Positions 47,741-58,128 of a DNA stretch of 64,000 nucleotides are shown piece after piece. The position numbers and the translations under genes were made by a program. The stretch is from the IMG/VR virus record IMGVR_UViG_3300047322_001237, positions 186,001 through 250,000 of that record; one strand, 5' to 3'. The notes beneath the pieces are model-generated. The model was not told where the DNA came from and searched no databases. It was given only the letters and a program-made list of their open reading frames with translations. Position 1 is the first letter of the stretch, and the number at the start of each line of letters is the position of its first letter.

Positions 47741-49990
47741 TCAATGAGTGAGTGCTGCTTGCTGTTTTGCCAGGTTGCCGCTACGGCCTTTCCAAGACGG
47801 CGAGTAGGGTCGATAGACGAACTGGACGCCAGCGCACGCGAGGATGTGCTTGACCAACTGCAACGGACGCGAGTTGCCGTACGGGATGACCGAACGATCA
47901 ACGGCGTTGTGGATATTGGTCGGCTCGTCTGCATCGAGAATCGCGTTACAGACCATCTCGTGCGTTTGCGGATTGTTGTTGCGATCCATGACCTCGGCCG
48001 ATGCCCGCGGTCCAACGTACGATGCCAAGATCCGCTTTTCCGCCTCGCCCCATGCACGAATCGACTGTGCACGGTAGGGCAGGGCGTACTTGTCGGCGTT
48101 GGTCACCTGAGACAGGACACCGTAGTGCTGAACCTTGCCCGACGACACGGCCGTCCAGTCGTCCGCGATCTTTTCCAGCAGGATGATGTACACGCTGCCA
48201 ATCCGCACCGGGACCTTGGTCGTCACGCGTCGACCAGAGTTGCCGACGTAAGTCACGGGACCGTACGTCGACGGATAGTTGGCTTCGAGCATCCGAACGA
48301 TGTCACTCGACTCGCGCGGGTTGTTCGTCGGCAGATGCAGATAGATGCCGTTGCGAATCACCTGAGCCAGGTGTTCCGCACGCGTCTTCAGATACGCACC
48401 ACCTTCAAACCACGAGTGCATGACAGGTGCCACGATTTCGTAGTAACCCATCAGGTAGTTCCACGCGTGATCGAACACCGGCTTGTTGCTCGCCTCGAGT
48501 TCCTGCGCCTTCGCCAATGCCTGACGATCGTTCTCCGCGATGCCGAACCATGCACGAATCTGCTTGGCCACGTCACGCGAATGTGCGTTGATGTAGATCT
48601 CGTACTTGCGGCCGAGATTCATCCGCGACACCGTCGAGTTCGGGTCCATCACGATGTCTGCACGATTGCCATCCGCGTCGACCGGCATGTGATCCGCGGG
48701 CACGACGTTACAGATCACGCCCTTACCACCGTGCGTGTCGGTCAGCTTGAAGCCGATCGTCGGCGTGACGTCGTACTCGATCGTGAACTCGATGCGCCAG
48801 TCATCCAGCGGAGCCTTGCGATACAGCTTGTAGATGCGCTCCTTGGATTCCTGGACCACGGACAGGGCTTCGACCACGAGACGATGGAACTCCGGCGTCA
48901 GACGCAGGGACTCCTTGCGCTCGCGCTCAAGGCGTCGCCATTCGTAAACGATGTCCGAGTAAAACTGACGACGCGCCCGATCGTAACGATCAGCCTGAGC
49001 ATCCATGCCGATCGGCGTCGGCGAGTTGTTCGCCTGCGTATCGTGATGAACACGGATGTCGATCACCCGGCCGCCTGCACCGTCTGCGTAGATCATCTTG
49101 TCAAAAACGTGATCGATCTCCATCAGGTCGTACGTGCCTTGCTCGACGATCGCCAACTCGCGGTCGTAGCTTTTCGGATCCTTGTCGTGCGGACGCAGTG
49201 CCATCAGCACGCCGTCTTCACGAACGAATTCACCGATGTCCGGGAACGCCTTGAAGTTGTCCTCGTCACCGTACAGATTCAGCGGGTAGGCCTTGGCGCC
49301 AAATTCGACGACACGCGTCTCGTACTTCTTGAAGCCGAATTCTTTGAGCACCTCCGCGCTGATCATGATGCCGTCCTCAGAGGTGGCCGGATGACTCATG
49401 TACGCGATGTTGCATTCACGCCCGTACTTGTAGCCGCCCGTATCCGTCACAGAGGGAGAATCCGTGAGGATCGTGTCCGCCTTCAGATAGCTGCCCACGC
49501 GGATGTCGGAAAGCGAAGGCTTGATCGCGTTCCGGAACCCGAAGTAGCTGTGATACGACGTGTGCGTCGTGATGTTGATGCAGCCGATCTCCTTCGTGTG
49601 CACGTTCTCGTAAATGAGCACGCTGTGCGGGTTGTCCTGGCGGCGCTTGAGCACCGTGTCCTGTCCGAACGTTTCGCGATAGCGGTCGATCACCTTGATC
49701 ACTTCGCAGTCGACCGGCACCTTCGTCGAGAAGGTGTACTTGCCGAATTCACGTTCCGTGCCGCTCTGGCAGCGGCGCTCGGTCGAGCCCTTGATCACGA
49801 GACATTGACCGACGTGCGACGAAAACATCTGTTTGCGGGCAGCCGAGTTATGGCCGTCCCACGGGTTCAACCCGCAAACGTTCATGAGCTCCGGGTCCAG
49901 CTCATTCGGTTCTTCCAGCAGAACACCCGAGCGACGAATCGCGGATGTCATGGGCTTGATGCTCGCAGTCAGACTGGCGGTGTCCATCAT
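47741..49990 (-). CDS. Non-virion RNAP beta subunit, C-terminal part (phiKZ gp71-73-like, uninterrupted)
   Basis: SAARKQMFSSH, EDGIMIS, GFKLTDTHGGKGVI, DIVMDPNSTVSRMN. Confidence 0.9.
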   Translation of the reverse strand: MMDTASLTASIKPMTSAIRRSGVLLEEPNELDPELMNVCGLNPWDGHNSAARKQMFSSHVGQCLVIKGSTERRCQSGTEREFGKYTFSTKVPVDCEVIKVIDRYRETFGQDTVLKRRQDNPHSVLIYENVHTKEIGCINITTHTSYHSYFGFRNAIKPSLSDIRVGSYLKADTILTDSPSVTDTGGYKYGRECNIAYMSHPATSEDGIMISAEVLKEFGFKKYETRVVEFGAKAYPLNLYGDEDNFKAFPDIGEFVREDGVLMALRPHDKDPKSYDRELAIVEQGTYDLMEIDHVFDKMIYADGAGGRVIDIRVHHDTQANNSPTPIGMDAQADRYDRARRQFYSDIVYEWRRLERERKESLRLTPEFHRLVVEALSVVQESKERIYKLYRKAPLDDWRIEFTIEYDVTPTIGFKLTDTHGGKGVICNVVPADHMPVDADGNRADIVMDPNSTVSRMNLGRKYEIYINAHSRDVAKQIRAWFGIAENDRQALAKAQELEASNKPVFDHAWNYLMGYYEIVAPVMHSWFEGGAYLKTRAEHLAQVIRNGIYLHLPTNNPRESSDIVRMLEANYPSTYGPVTYVGNSGRRVTTKVPVRIGSVYIILLEKIADDWTAVSSGKVQHYGVLSQVTNADKYALPYRAQSIRAWGEAEKRILASYVGPRASAEVMDRNNNPQTHEMVCNAILDADEPTNIHNAVDRSVIPYGNSRPLQLVKHILACAGVQFVYRPYSPSWKGRSGNLAKQQAALTH

Positions 49991-50068
49991 GCGTATTCCT
50001 TGTGAAGATGCTTGAATTTGTTATCAGTGTTTTCCACTCTGATAAAGCAGCTGCGCCGCTTCAGAGTA

Positions 50069-50076
50069 GTGATATG
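50069..50076 (-). promoter_or_regulatory. Candidate early promoter CATATCAC overlapping a plus-strand TATG
   Basis: Divergent gap between RNAP beta and the 50110 gene. Confidence 0.55.
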
Positions 50077-50109
50077 TAACCGTGATTCTTTTGAGACGGA
50101 TTTCTAACA

Positions 50110-50478
50110 ATGGCCTCAACTTCCAGCACATCCAGCAACGCGATTAATGCCCTCATGTTCGATCCGGGACCGACCGTCTTTTACACAGACGGCTTTCGCC
50201 AGGTGCTCGAAGACCACATGACGTACCTGCGCCAACATCAGTCGACGCAGCTCATGTCCGTGAGTCCTCAGGCTGCCTGGGAAAACGATCAGGATCTGTT
50301 TGGGTTCTTGCAGGTGGTCAACTTGGCGCCGCAATACCACTGGGTGACCATGCGGATGAACAACTTCTCATCACCAGCGGAATTCGGCACAGGCGTCACG
50401 CAACTACTTATCCCTTCAAGCGTTGTCCTCGAACAACTGCGTTCCGCCTACATGACCAGTAATGTCTTGACGGCGTAA
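50110..50478 (+). CDS. Conserved jumbo-phage small protein
   Basis: 122 aa opposite-strand gene inside the RNAP block, ends at shared hairpin ~50497-50527. Confidence 0.6.
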   Translation: MASTSSTSSNAINALMFDPGPTVFYTDGFRQVLEDHMTYLRQHQSTQLMSVSPQAAWENDQDLFGFLQVVNLAPQYHWVTMRMNNFSSPAEFGTGVTQLLIPSSVVLEQLRSAYMTSNVLTA

Positions 50479-50547
50479 TGCAAAAAAAGAAAGAGTCGGA
50501 GAAGAGGGCGTGAGCTCTCTTCTCCGGCTTATGCCGCTAGGTCTGGT

Positions 50548-52062
50548 TTAGACCAAGCGGCCACCCGCGGGCGGGTAGTAGCCACCTTGCGGCTGCTGGA
50601 ACCCTTGCTGCGGATACATCGGTTGCTGCTGCGGATACATCGGCTGGCTCTGCTGATTCGCCCAACGCGATCCTTGCTGCTGCACCGGCGCTTGTTGCTG
50701 TGCCGGATAGCCACCAGTTGCGTAGACAACCGACGGGTTGGTCGCCATCACCGAGTTGAAGTCCAGCCCACGACCCGTGTGCACGAGATGCGGCGCTTGT
50801 TGCTGCGGCGCCGGTGCGTTCGGGTAGAAACCACCCGTCACCTGCGGCTGCTGGTACACCGGCTGATGATGCTGAACGGGTTGGTGCGGTTGAACCGGCT
50901 GATGAGGACGATGGGTTGCCGACATCCACGCTTGCTGGTGCTGCTGATGCATGGCGCGTTCTGCTTCACGTGCCGCCAGGAAACCGTCGAGAGGCTGACG
51001 ATTTGCCGGAGCCGTCGAGACCGGTGCTGCCGCGACAGGTGCCGGAGCTGCCACCGGAGTCGGGGCCGCCAGCACGACCGGAGCCGGTGCCACGGGCGGC
51101 GTCGGTTGCGGATACGACGAGGGCAATGCAGTTGCAGCAGGTTGGGTCGCGACCGGCGGTTCACCGGACGAGCCTTCGTTGCCAGCCTGCATCGGAACCT
51201 TGCGGATTTCCGACAGCATGACGCCGAGGTTGTCGAAGGTGCGTTCCCATTCGCAGTCGATCACGAGATCGGACGCCGGATTCGTCTCGTCGCCGAGCTG
51301 GTTCTCGAACGTGCTGGTCAGATCGTTGAGCGGTGCGATCACGGCAAGCGATGCCTGCATCAATGCATCCAGATTCGGCGCGACGTCGGAGTCGGAACCG
51401 CGGTGATACGACCCCTCCACGTCGATCTGAGGGAACATGAATTCCATCAGCGAGATCAACGTTTCCTTGTCCTTCACGCGGCACTTGATGCCGTAGATGT
51501 CGTTGCCATCTTTCTTCAGTTCCTGATACAGCGGGAACGTCACGACACCGACGCGCTTGTGGCGTTTTCCGCCGACCGATCCGGTCTTCTTCAGAAAGAT
51601 CGTGATGATGCGGCGCGCGGTCTGATCCGATGGCATTGCAGCCAGCACCTTCTTGAACAGATCGTAGGTCTTGTCATCGGCGTTTTTCACCTTCGACAGG
51701 AACTCAGACTGGTCCGGCGCGAGCTGTGCATGCAGGTCGGTCGAGATCGCGATCGAGATCAGCTGCAGCATCAGTTCGGCTGCGACTAGGTTGAAGCGCA
51801 CCATCAGGACCGAGCGGAACTTCTCCAGCACTTCCGATTCGCCGCGCGTGATCGATTCCGCGAGTGGATGGAACAGCACGATCTGGCTCTTGTCCGGATT
51901 CGCGAGATGCTCAGGCGTCGGCAGTGCGAGTCGCTTGCCCTTGATCAGCACCGGCATCGTCTGCTTCATGAGCTTTCCGGAAACCAGGTTGTCGCTCGTG
52001 ACGACTAGGTTCGCGGTCTTCATGAGCGACTTATACAGCTCGATCAGATTGGGAGTTGTCAT
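50548..52062 (-). CDS. Conserved core protein (phiKZ gp70-like) with Pro/Gln-rich disordered tail
   Basis: Position between gp69-like and RNAP beta; QQPMYPQ repeats. Confidence 0.65.
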   Translation of the reverse strand: MTTPNLIELYKSLMKTANLVVTSDNLVSGKLMKQTMPVLIKGKRLALPTPEHLANPDKSQIVLFHPLAESITRGESEVLEKFRSVLMVRFNLVAAELMLQLISIAISTDLHAQLAPDQSEFLSKVKNADDKTYDLFKKVLAAMPSDQTARRIITIFLKKTGSVGGKRHKRVGVVTFPLYQELKKDGNDIYGIKCRVKDKETLISLMEFMFPQIDVEGSYHRGSDSDVAPNLDALMQASLAVIAPLNDLTSTFENQLGDETNPASDLVIDCEWERTFDNLGVMLSEIRKVPMQAGNEGSSGEPPVATQPAATALPSSYPQPTPPVAPAPVVLAAPTPVAAPAPVAAAPVSTAPANRQPLDGFLAAREAERAMHQQHQQAWMSATHRPHQPVQPHQPVQHHQPVYQQPQVTGGFYPNAPAPQQQAPHLVHTGRGLDFNSVMATNPSVVYATGGYPAQQQAPVQQQGSRWANQQSQPMYPQQQPMYPQQGFQQPQGGYYPPAGGRLV

Positions 52063-52098
52063 GTTTTCTTCGGGACTCGCTTCCGAGTCCGCTCCTTG

Positions 52099-53607
52099 TT
52101 AGATGAGACCGAACTGCGGCGTGGCAAGTCCTTCCGGGGTGCCGGGCATGCCCGTGTGGTCGTTCAGGTGATGGAACACCTGCTCGAAGTCGCGCGAGAG
52201 TTGCATGTTCAGGTTCTCGTTGTTCGTGATAACGGGCACCATCAAGGCGTCCGCGAAGCTCGGTGTCACGTACGTGATCAGCGGACCGCCATCGAGCGAG
52301 ATCTGCATCCACGTTTCGCCCAAGAGGTCAGCGCGCATTTCGATATAGAAGTCGACCGCGTTCTTGAACGAGATGTCGTTCAGGACCATGTGCTCGAGCT
52401 TCACGATGAAATGCTGCAAGTACGGACCAAGGTCGTTCGAGCTGAAGCCTTCGGCGTTGGCGATCGCCGTGCTGACCGGCGAAGTGGAATCGAGCGACAG
52501 ACCCGGATGCATCGCACCCGACAGAACCCGGCGGTTCGTCGTCGTGAACGCCAGCTGCGTCAGCGTGAGTTCCATCATCAGAGCCGGAACCGACTGGCTG
52601 AGAATGGTCGCCACTTGCGTAAGACGATCGGAACCGCCCCAGTCTTGCGACATGCCCGAGCCTGCGCTGTGCACATCGCCCATCGTCGGTGCCGCGTGAT
52701 TCGTTTGGCCGAGTGCCGCCACAACCGTGACATGGTCGACGTTCGGATCGAAGCGCTGCAGATCGTGCCATGTGAAGAAGTTCGAGACGACGCCGTCGCG
52801 GAACTTGGTCATCGCCGAGAAGAACGAGTTGTATCCGATCGGCTGCTCCTGCGCGTAACCGCGCGCCGTTTCCAGCACATCGGTTTCCTGTTGCACACCG
52901 AACGCGTTGTCAACCGTCGCCTTCTTGTAGTTGTCGAGCAGATTCGCTGCGTAATCCGCAGCAAGGTTGTTACCCCGCCGCGATGCAACCGGCGTCTGCG
53001 ACAACACCGTGCGGCAATCGACCACATCGCCGAGGCCCTGCAGATGGCTCAGCTGCATCGTCGAGTACACATCTTCCGGACGCATGCGGTGAGTCCGGTT
53101 CGGCGTGTAAGCGTCGATGAATGCGGGGTCGACGAGCACGTGCGCGTTTTCCGCGACGTTCGTGTAGGCCTGGTTGCCGAATGGCGTGTGTTCGACCGTG
53201 GTTCGAACGGTCACGATCGAGTTCACGAAGAATTCCATCTTCGGGTCGATGTAGTTCGAGTGGAAGATGACGCCGGGATAGTTCGTGTAGCCCAGGACGA
53301 TGCTCGTGGACGTGCCACCCGCCATGTATTTGGTTTCCACTTCCATCATGAAGCGCATGCGACGCTCGTTCCAGCCATTCACGATGCCGGCCGCCTGTTC
53401 CGCGGTGGCCGACGGCGCGATCAGCTGATTCGCCACACCTGCCAACAAAGACGGCGTGTACTTCTGCGTGCCGTGCAGCGCATCGGCGAGATGGTTGAGC
53501 GTCGGACCTTGGACGTTCGTTTCGTAGGGACGGCGATACTGCGTGTTGTAGGTGCCAGTTTCCATCAGGAACAGGCGCTTGACCTGCATGCGGGCGGCTT
53601 GATTCAT
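52099..53607 (-). CDS. Conserved core protein, probable nuclear import factor PicA/Imp1 (phiKZ gp69-like)
   Basis: Immediately downstream of the gp68-like gene; start MNQAARMQ with AAGGAG RBS; assignment positional. Confidence 0.6.
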   Translation of the reverse strand: MNQAARMQVKRLFLMETGTYNTQYRRPYETNVQGPTLNHLADALHGTQKYTPSLLAGVANQLIAPSATAEQAAGIVNGWNERRMRFMMEVETKYMAGGTSTSIVLGYTNYPGVIFHSNYIDPKMEFFVNSIVTVRTTVEHTPFGNQAYTNVAENAHVLVDPAFIDAYTPNRTHRMRPEDVYSTMQLSHLQGLGDVVDCRTVLSQTPVASRRGNNLAADYAANLLDNYKKATVDNAFGVQQETDVLETARGYAQEQPIGYNSFFSAMTKFRDGVVSNFFTWHDLQRFDPNVDHVTVVAALGQTNHAAPTMGDVHSAGSGMSQDWGGSDRLTQVATILSQSVPALMMELTLTQLAFTTTNRRVLSGAMHPGLSLDSTSPVSTAIANAEGFSSNDLGPYLQHFIVKLEHMVLNDISFKNAVDFYIEMRADLLGETWMQISLDGGPLITYVTPSFADALMVPVITNNENLNMQLSRDFEQVFHHLNDHTGMPGTPEGLATPQFGLI

Positions 53608-53609
53608 TA

Positions 53610-55172
53610 TTAGAAGCTCCTTGATGCCAGCGCAATGGAGAGTTGCGCCAGTTTGATTTTGATGTTGCCGGGCACGGCGTAGTAGCGGTCGTGCTGATTC
53701 CCAGTGAGTTGTCCAACCCACTCGGCGGGCAGCGTGAGACGCCAGTCGTGCTCGCTTAACTGCTTAGAAATGAGATCGATCGCAACTTCGGCCGAGGTCG
53801 GGAGTCGCGGAGCTTTCTGCTTACCGGGTTGACGACGGGGATGCTTGTACAGCGCTGAGAGCTGGTCGATCATCGGCGCGGGGATCTTCGCCTTCGAATC
53901 GCTACTCGTCAGGTGCATTACGTCCTCGTTCGATCGTGCGATTGCACTCACGAGGCCGGCGAGCTCGGGATAGCCCTTGTGCCAATAAATGGCTTGCGCA
54001 GCTGCGATGGCCTGAAGCTTGGAAGAGATCTTCAGGTGATGGATACCACGCGGCTGCAACTGCCGATGACTCTTCAGCGCAAACATCACGAGAAGCGTCT
54101 GCGGCTTGTAATGGATCTCGTTCTCGAGCGCCTTCACGGTCTCGAAGGACATGTCCAGAAATTCCGAGGGCATGTCCGGCGCGATCTGCTGCGCAATGTG
54201 ACGCATGTCGCGCGCGTACATCCGGATAGGCGCGATCTTGCCTTCCGCAACGGGCAGCTTGACCTTGCAGCTTTCGAGCTTGGACTGCTGGTTCTCGGTG
54301 TCCTGGTTCTGACCCTCGACTTTCTTTTCCTTCACGATTCCGCTGAAACCGCTATCGGAACCGCCGCGCGTCTTGTACTTGATGAAGTTGAAGATGCGGC
54401 TCACCAAGTGCGAGTTCGGATCGACACCGCGCACGTCGCCAAAGGCGAGCTTGCGAACAAGCACCTGACCCATGATCAACGCAGGAAAGTCTTCGACGCT
54501 GATGCCCTTGAAAATGTGCGCGCTATTGGCGACGTCCATCTTCTTCGGGTCACTCGGAATCATCGATTCCACGTACGTGCGCAGTCGCTCCATGTGCACC
54601 GATTGCGCCATGCGAGTTTGCGACAGCAGCTGATACGCGTGGAACTCTTTCCAATTGGTGCCGCATTCTTCCTTCACCTGCGCGATGAACTCGCCCCAGA
54701 TCGGGAAAATGACGCGCAATGCGACGGAGATCGCGATGAGCCAACCATAATCTTCGCGCAGATACGTTCCTTCACGCGTGCCCGGCATCTCGTGCATGAC
54801 GAAATGCTCCTTGAGGTCTGCCGGGTAGTAGATGTTCGCGTGAAAGTCGATCCAGTGCTTGATGTCTTCGAGCTCATGCAGCTGGTAAAGCTTGGCCACC
54901 AATTCGTACAGAAAGAGGGTCAGTTGGTTCGTGTCGTAGTACATCCCGAACACGTCCTTGACCTGACGGAAGATCGAGAAAATTTCGTTCTGCCGCTCCA
55001 TCGGCAGATGTTTCCAGAACGCGTTGATCTGCTCGAAGATGTCGTATTCGAGGTCCTTAATTATGCCTTTGAACTCGGAGATATTCCATTCAATACTCTG
55101 CCCCTGATGCGAAAGCGTCACTTCGGTACGACTGTTGTCAACCAGCCCGATTTTGCTGATCTGCAGTTCCAA
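53610..55172 (-). CDS. Non-virion RNAP sigma-like subunit (phiKZ gp68-like)
   Basis: ~520 aa, position; probable TTG start after AAGGAG. Confidence 0.7.
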   Translation of the reverse strand: MELQISKIGLVDNSRTEVTLSHQGQSIEWNISEFKGIIKDLEYDIFEQINAFWKHLPMERQNEIFSIFRQVKDVFGMYYDTNQLTLFLYELVAKLYQLHELEDIKHWIDFHANIYYPADLKEHFVMHEMPGTREGTYLREDYGWLIAISVALRVIFPIWGEFIAQVKEECGTNWKEFHAYQLLSQTRMAQSVHMERLRTYVESMIPSDPKKMDVANSAHIFKGISVEDFPALIMGQVLVRKLAFGDVRGVDPNSHLVSRIFNFIKYKTRGGSDSGFSGIVKEKKVEGQNQDTENQQSKLESCKVKLPVAEGKIAPIRMYARDMRHIAQQIAPDMPSEFLDMSFETVKALENEIHYKPQTLLVMFALKSHRQLQPRGIHHLKISSKLQAIAAAQAIYWHKGYPELAGLVSAIARSNEDVMHLTSSDSKAKIPAPMIDQLSALYKHPRRQPGKQKAPRLPTSAEVAIDLISKQLSEHDWRLTLPAEWVGQLTGNQHDRYYAVPGNIKIKLAQLSIALASRSF

Positions 55173-55213
55173 AACTGATCTCCTTAGGAACATTAACTAC
55201 GGAACTTCAGGGA

Positions 55214-55227
55214 GGTGATATATCACC
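55214..55227 (-). promoter_or_regulatory. Candidate early promoter within perfect palindrome GGTGATATATCACC
   Basis: TATATCAC-N5-TGA; TGAAAC 12 nt upstream, as at 62182. Confidence 0.6.
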
Positions 55228-55326
55228 GAAGCTAGTTTCAATGCGATCTGGGGTCAAAGAACCGGTCAAGCCCCACAGCCTGACCGGTTCCTCAACTAAC
55301 TCAGCATTTCAACTGCCTTAACCTGC

Positions 55327-56055
55327 TTACCAGGGGATGTCGTCCGACACTTCTTCGGTCGAACCGCCGCCACCGCCGCCACCGTAGCTGTTGCCACGAT
55401 TGCCGCCGCCGCCACCGTTGTTACGGTTGTAGCCACCACCGCCACCGTTGCGGTTACCGCCGCCGTTGTCCTTCTTCTCCGGCTCGACGTACTCGGTCAC
55501 GAGGAGGTGCGCCAACATGTTTTCCATGAGGCGGACCCAACCACGTGCGAAGAGCGCCGACTGCTCGCCGTTGCTGTACTGCTCGCCGGTCTTGTGGAAG
55601 AGCGTGTGGAAGTCACTCTTACCGAACGGGAACTTGATGCGGGGCCGATCACGTGCGGTTACCGAAACCCACACGACGCCTTCCGCATCCTTGCCGAAGT
55701 GCAGTTCCGACTGCACGACCGGCGATTCGCTGCGCTTGCCGCCCGGGAAGATGAAGTTCTTGTTCTCGATCTTCACCTTGTCTTCCTGACCTGCCGGGCC
55801 GTCGATGATCTTCGCCAGCGCGCCGAGGAAAACCATGAACACTTGCGCGTCGAGGTTCGCGGTGATCTTGCCGTACTGCTTCGACTCGCCCTGATCGTCC
55901 GGGTCGTTCGTGTAAACCGTAATGCGGGGATTGTTCGAGAAGAGGTTGACTTGCAGGCTCGAGTACTTGCCCTTAGCCGTGGGGCAGGGAGTCGACAGAT
56001 GCAGCTTGCGGTTGTCGAATGCAATCTTCTTTCGTTCTTTGCGGAAGTCGCTCAT
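55327..56055 (-). CDS. SSB-like protein with Gly/Asn linker and acidic DDIPW tail
   Basis: Start MSDFRKERK; ends GGGGGGGSTEEVSDDIPW. Confidence 0.6.
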   Translation of the reverse strand: MSDFRKERKKIAFDNRKLHLSTPCPTAKGKYSSLQVNLFSNNPRITVYTNDPDDQGESKQYGKITANLDAQVFMVFLGALAKIIDGPAGQEDKVKIENKNFIFPGGKRSESPVVQSELHFGKDAEGVVWVSVTARDRPRIKFPFGKSDFHTLFHKTGEQYSNGEQSALFARGWVRLMENMLAHLLVTEYVEPEKKDNGGGNRNGGGGGYNRNNGGGGGNRGNSYGGGGGGGSTEEVSDDIPW

Positions 56056-56141
56056 TTTCTTTGTAATCCGATGTTCTGTGGGGTGACAAACGATACCCAC
56101 GATGAATAAAAAATCCCCAGTCGAATCGTGTTTCCCCGCAC

Positions 56142-57005
56142 CTATTGACTGGTTACGATGCTCTTCAAGATTTCCCGCGTGAAGGGATCCTGGATGAATT
56201 CGAGTCCCAAGCGCACCTTGTCGGTGGTGGTAACGCTCGTCCAGTGAAAACGGTTGGCGATCTCGATAACCTCCTTTCGAACTTTGATCGGCATCGGGAC
56301 GAACGTCTCGTTATCGCCGAAGACCTGCATGAGGTCCTCGCGAAACGGCAGCATGACCAGGTCACGCCCGTTGGCGTACTTCGTGTACCAGAGCGCTTTG
56401 TCCTTGAGTCGTCCCGTGTGCGATTCCAGCAGCGTGACGCTGCGAAAGTATTTGGCCGAGAGCAGGTCGTACGCGACGTGCGTCAACAACAGAATCTTCG
56501 GCGTGACTTCCTGAGGCGGGTTGAGCAGGCGATCGAAAGTCAAGATCGGCAGAGGCCGCGTCTTGTTTTCAGCCAGCATGAGCGCGAGCGTCTTCTTCAG
56601 AATGGCCGTGTACTCCATCTGCTTAGGCGTGTTGTCCTTGCGCAGGGTGGCATAGCGATAGCGCGTGACGAGATTCGTCATGTTGTTCACGTAGAACACG
56701 ACCTTGCAGCGACCGCTGCTGCTCTCGGCGACGATCTGGCTGATCTGCTCCATCTCGTCGTCGAGGTTTGCTGCGATCTCTTCCGGTACCACGCTTCCAG
56801 CCGTGACCTTGTCCAGCGCACCAAGAAAGTTGCGGAACAAGGTCTTCACGTTGACCCACAGCTCCTCGTACTTCAGGATGGGCGGAGAGTCGACGGGGAT
56901 TTCCGGGTGAATTCCGTTGGCGCTCTCGATCGCCAGCGACGTGGCGACGGAGAGGGGGTACTGACCCACGGCACGCTCGGCAATGCCAGCATTCATCAGC
57001 TGCAT
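56142..57005 (-). CDS. Conserved core protein, possible RNase H/5'-3' exonuclease-like
   Basis: LWVNVKTLFRN...LLTHVAYDLL...LESHTG; adjacent to SbcD-like gene. Confidence 0.5.
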   Translation of the reverse strand: MQLMNAGIAERAVGQYPLSVATSLAIESANGIHPEIPVDSPPILKYEELWVNVKTLFRNFLGALDKVTAGSVVPEEIAANLDDEMEQISQIVAESSSGRCKVVFYVNNMTNLVTRYRYATLRKDNTPKQMEYTAILKKTLALMLAENKTRPLPILTFDRLLNPPQEVTPKILLLTHVAYDLLSAKYFRSVTLLESHTGRLKDKALWYTKYANGRDLVMLPFREDLMQVFGDNETFVPMPIKVRKEVIEIANRFHWTSVTTTDKVRLGLEFIQDPFTREILKSIVTSQ

Positions 57006-57009
57006 TACA

Positions 57010-58128
57010 TCACCTCACTTCGTTGATTTTCTGTTGTGCAATGGCGATCATGTCCGCCGAGACACCCATGGCCTGCAGGCGCTCGGAGAGCAGTTCGACA
57101 ATGTTTTCGCGTGTGATCGTGATAGGCACGAACTCCACCGTTCCTTCTTCCAGCGCGGGCGCCTCCACTTCATCCGCGTCCTTCGGGTTCTTGCTCCAGA
57201 CGAACTGGGGATAGATCCGCATCAACGCATCCATATCTGCAAACAGCGGATGGTCGTAGTTCGCCTCCAGGCGGACCGCCGAGTTATCGGGCAAATGCTT
57301 CACACGACGCTCGATCTCAAGCAGCGAGTCCTCGACCGACATGTGCATGCAGTACACCGTGATGAACTTGCGCGCGCCCGTGTTCTCGACGAAAACGACA
57401 TCGCGATCGCCGTTCGGACGAAACGTTGCGCGGAAGTGACCCTTCGGTTCTTCTTCGCCGTGGCCGAGACGATCGAAGGAGCCTTGGGCGTAGATCCACT
57501 TGTAGGTCGACTGGATATGAACGTGTCCGATGAAAACGCCCATGCGCGTGATCCGGAGATACGCTTCCGAGTCATGCTTCTGTGCTTTCACGTGGGGCGG
57601 GAGCTGATACTCGAATTGCCCGTGCATGAACATCAGATCTACCTGTTCGAGTCCTTTCGCTCGGAGCAGGTCGTAGATTTGGCTAAGAGTTTGGTCTGTT
57701 GTCGGCGCACTCTCATCGGGTACGAACCCAACCCAGATGTCCAGGGAGGGTTCGTACTCGACGGAAATGTCTTTAACATATTTGAGATTAGCGCCAATGC
57801 CTGCGATCTCATTGATAGAGACGAACCGCTCCGACTGTCGCCAATCGTGACTCGGCGTCCCCTCGAGGACGTAGAGCACGATGTCGTGCTTTTTGCACAG
57901 GCGCAGCAGGTGAGCGATCCAGAAATCGATCTCTACCAAATCTTCGTCATTCAACGACAACAACGTATCGAACACGTCGCCCACGAGGCAGATCATGTCG
58001 AGTTCGGCCGTCTCCGCGTTATCCGGGAAGGCGGCCTTCAGGTTCTTGATGATGTCACGCGTCGGTGTGCGCTTTGCACCCAGATGGATGTCGCTCACCG
58101 TCGCGATCTTGAGGTCAGAAGTCCTCAT
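57010..58128 (-). CDS. SbcD/Mre11-like metallophosphoesterase nuclease
   Basis: SDIHLG, GDVFD, GTPSHD, HGQF, GHVH, GSFDRL. Confidence 0.9.
   Translation of the reverse strand: MRTSDLKIATVSDIHLGAKRTPTRDIIKNLKAAFPDNAETAELDMICLVGDVFDTLLSLNDEDLVEIDFWIAHLLRLCKKHDIVLYVLEGTPSHDWRQSERFVSINEIAGIGANLKYVKDISVEYEPSLDIWVGFVPDESAPTTDQTLSQIYDLLRAKGLEQVDLMFMHGQFEYQLPPHVKAQKHDSEAYLRITRMGVFIGHVHIQSTYKWIYAQGSFDRLGHGEEEPKGHFRATFRPNGDRDVVFVENTGARKFITVYCMHMSVEDSLLEIERRVKHLPDNSAVRLEANYDHPLFADMDALMRIYPQFVWSKNPKDADEVEAPALEEGTVEFVPITITRENIVELLSERLQAMGVSADMIAIAQQKINEVR

Noticed and set aside
47741-49990. Intron or intein in RNAP subunits, as in phiKZ gp71-73
   Set aside because: Frames are continuous, of expected size, and lack homing-endonuclease or intein motifs
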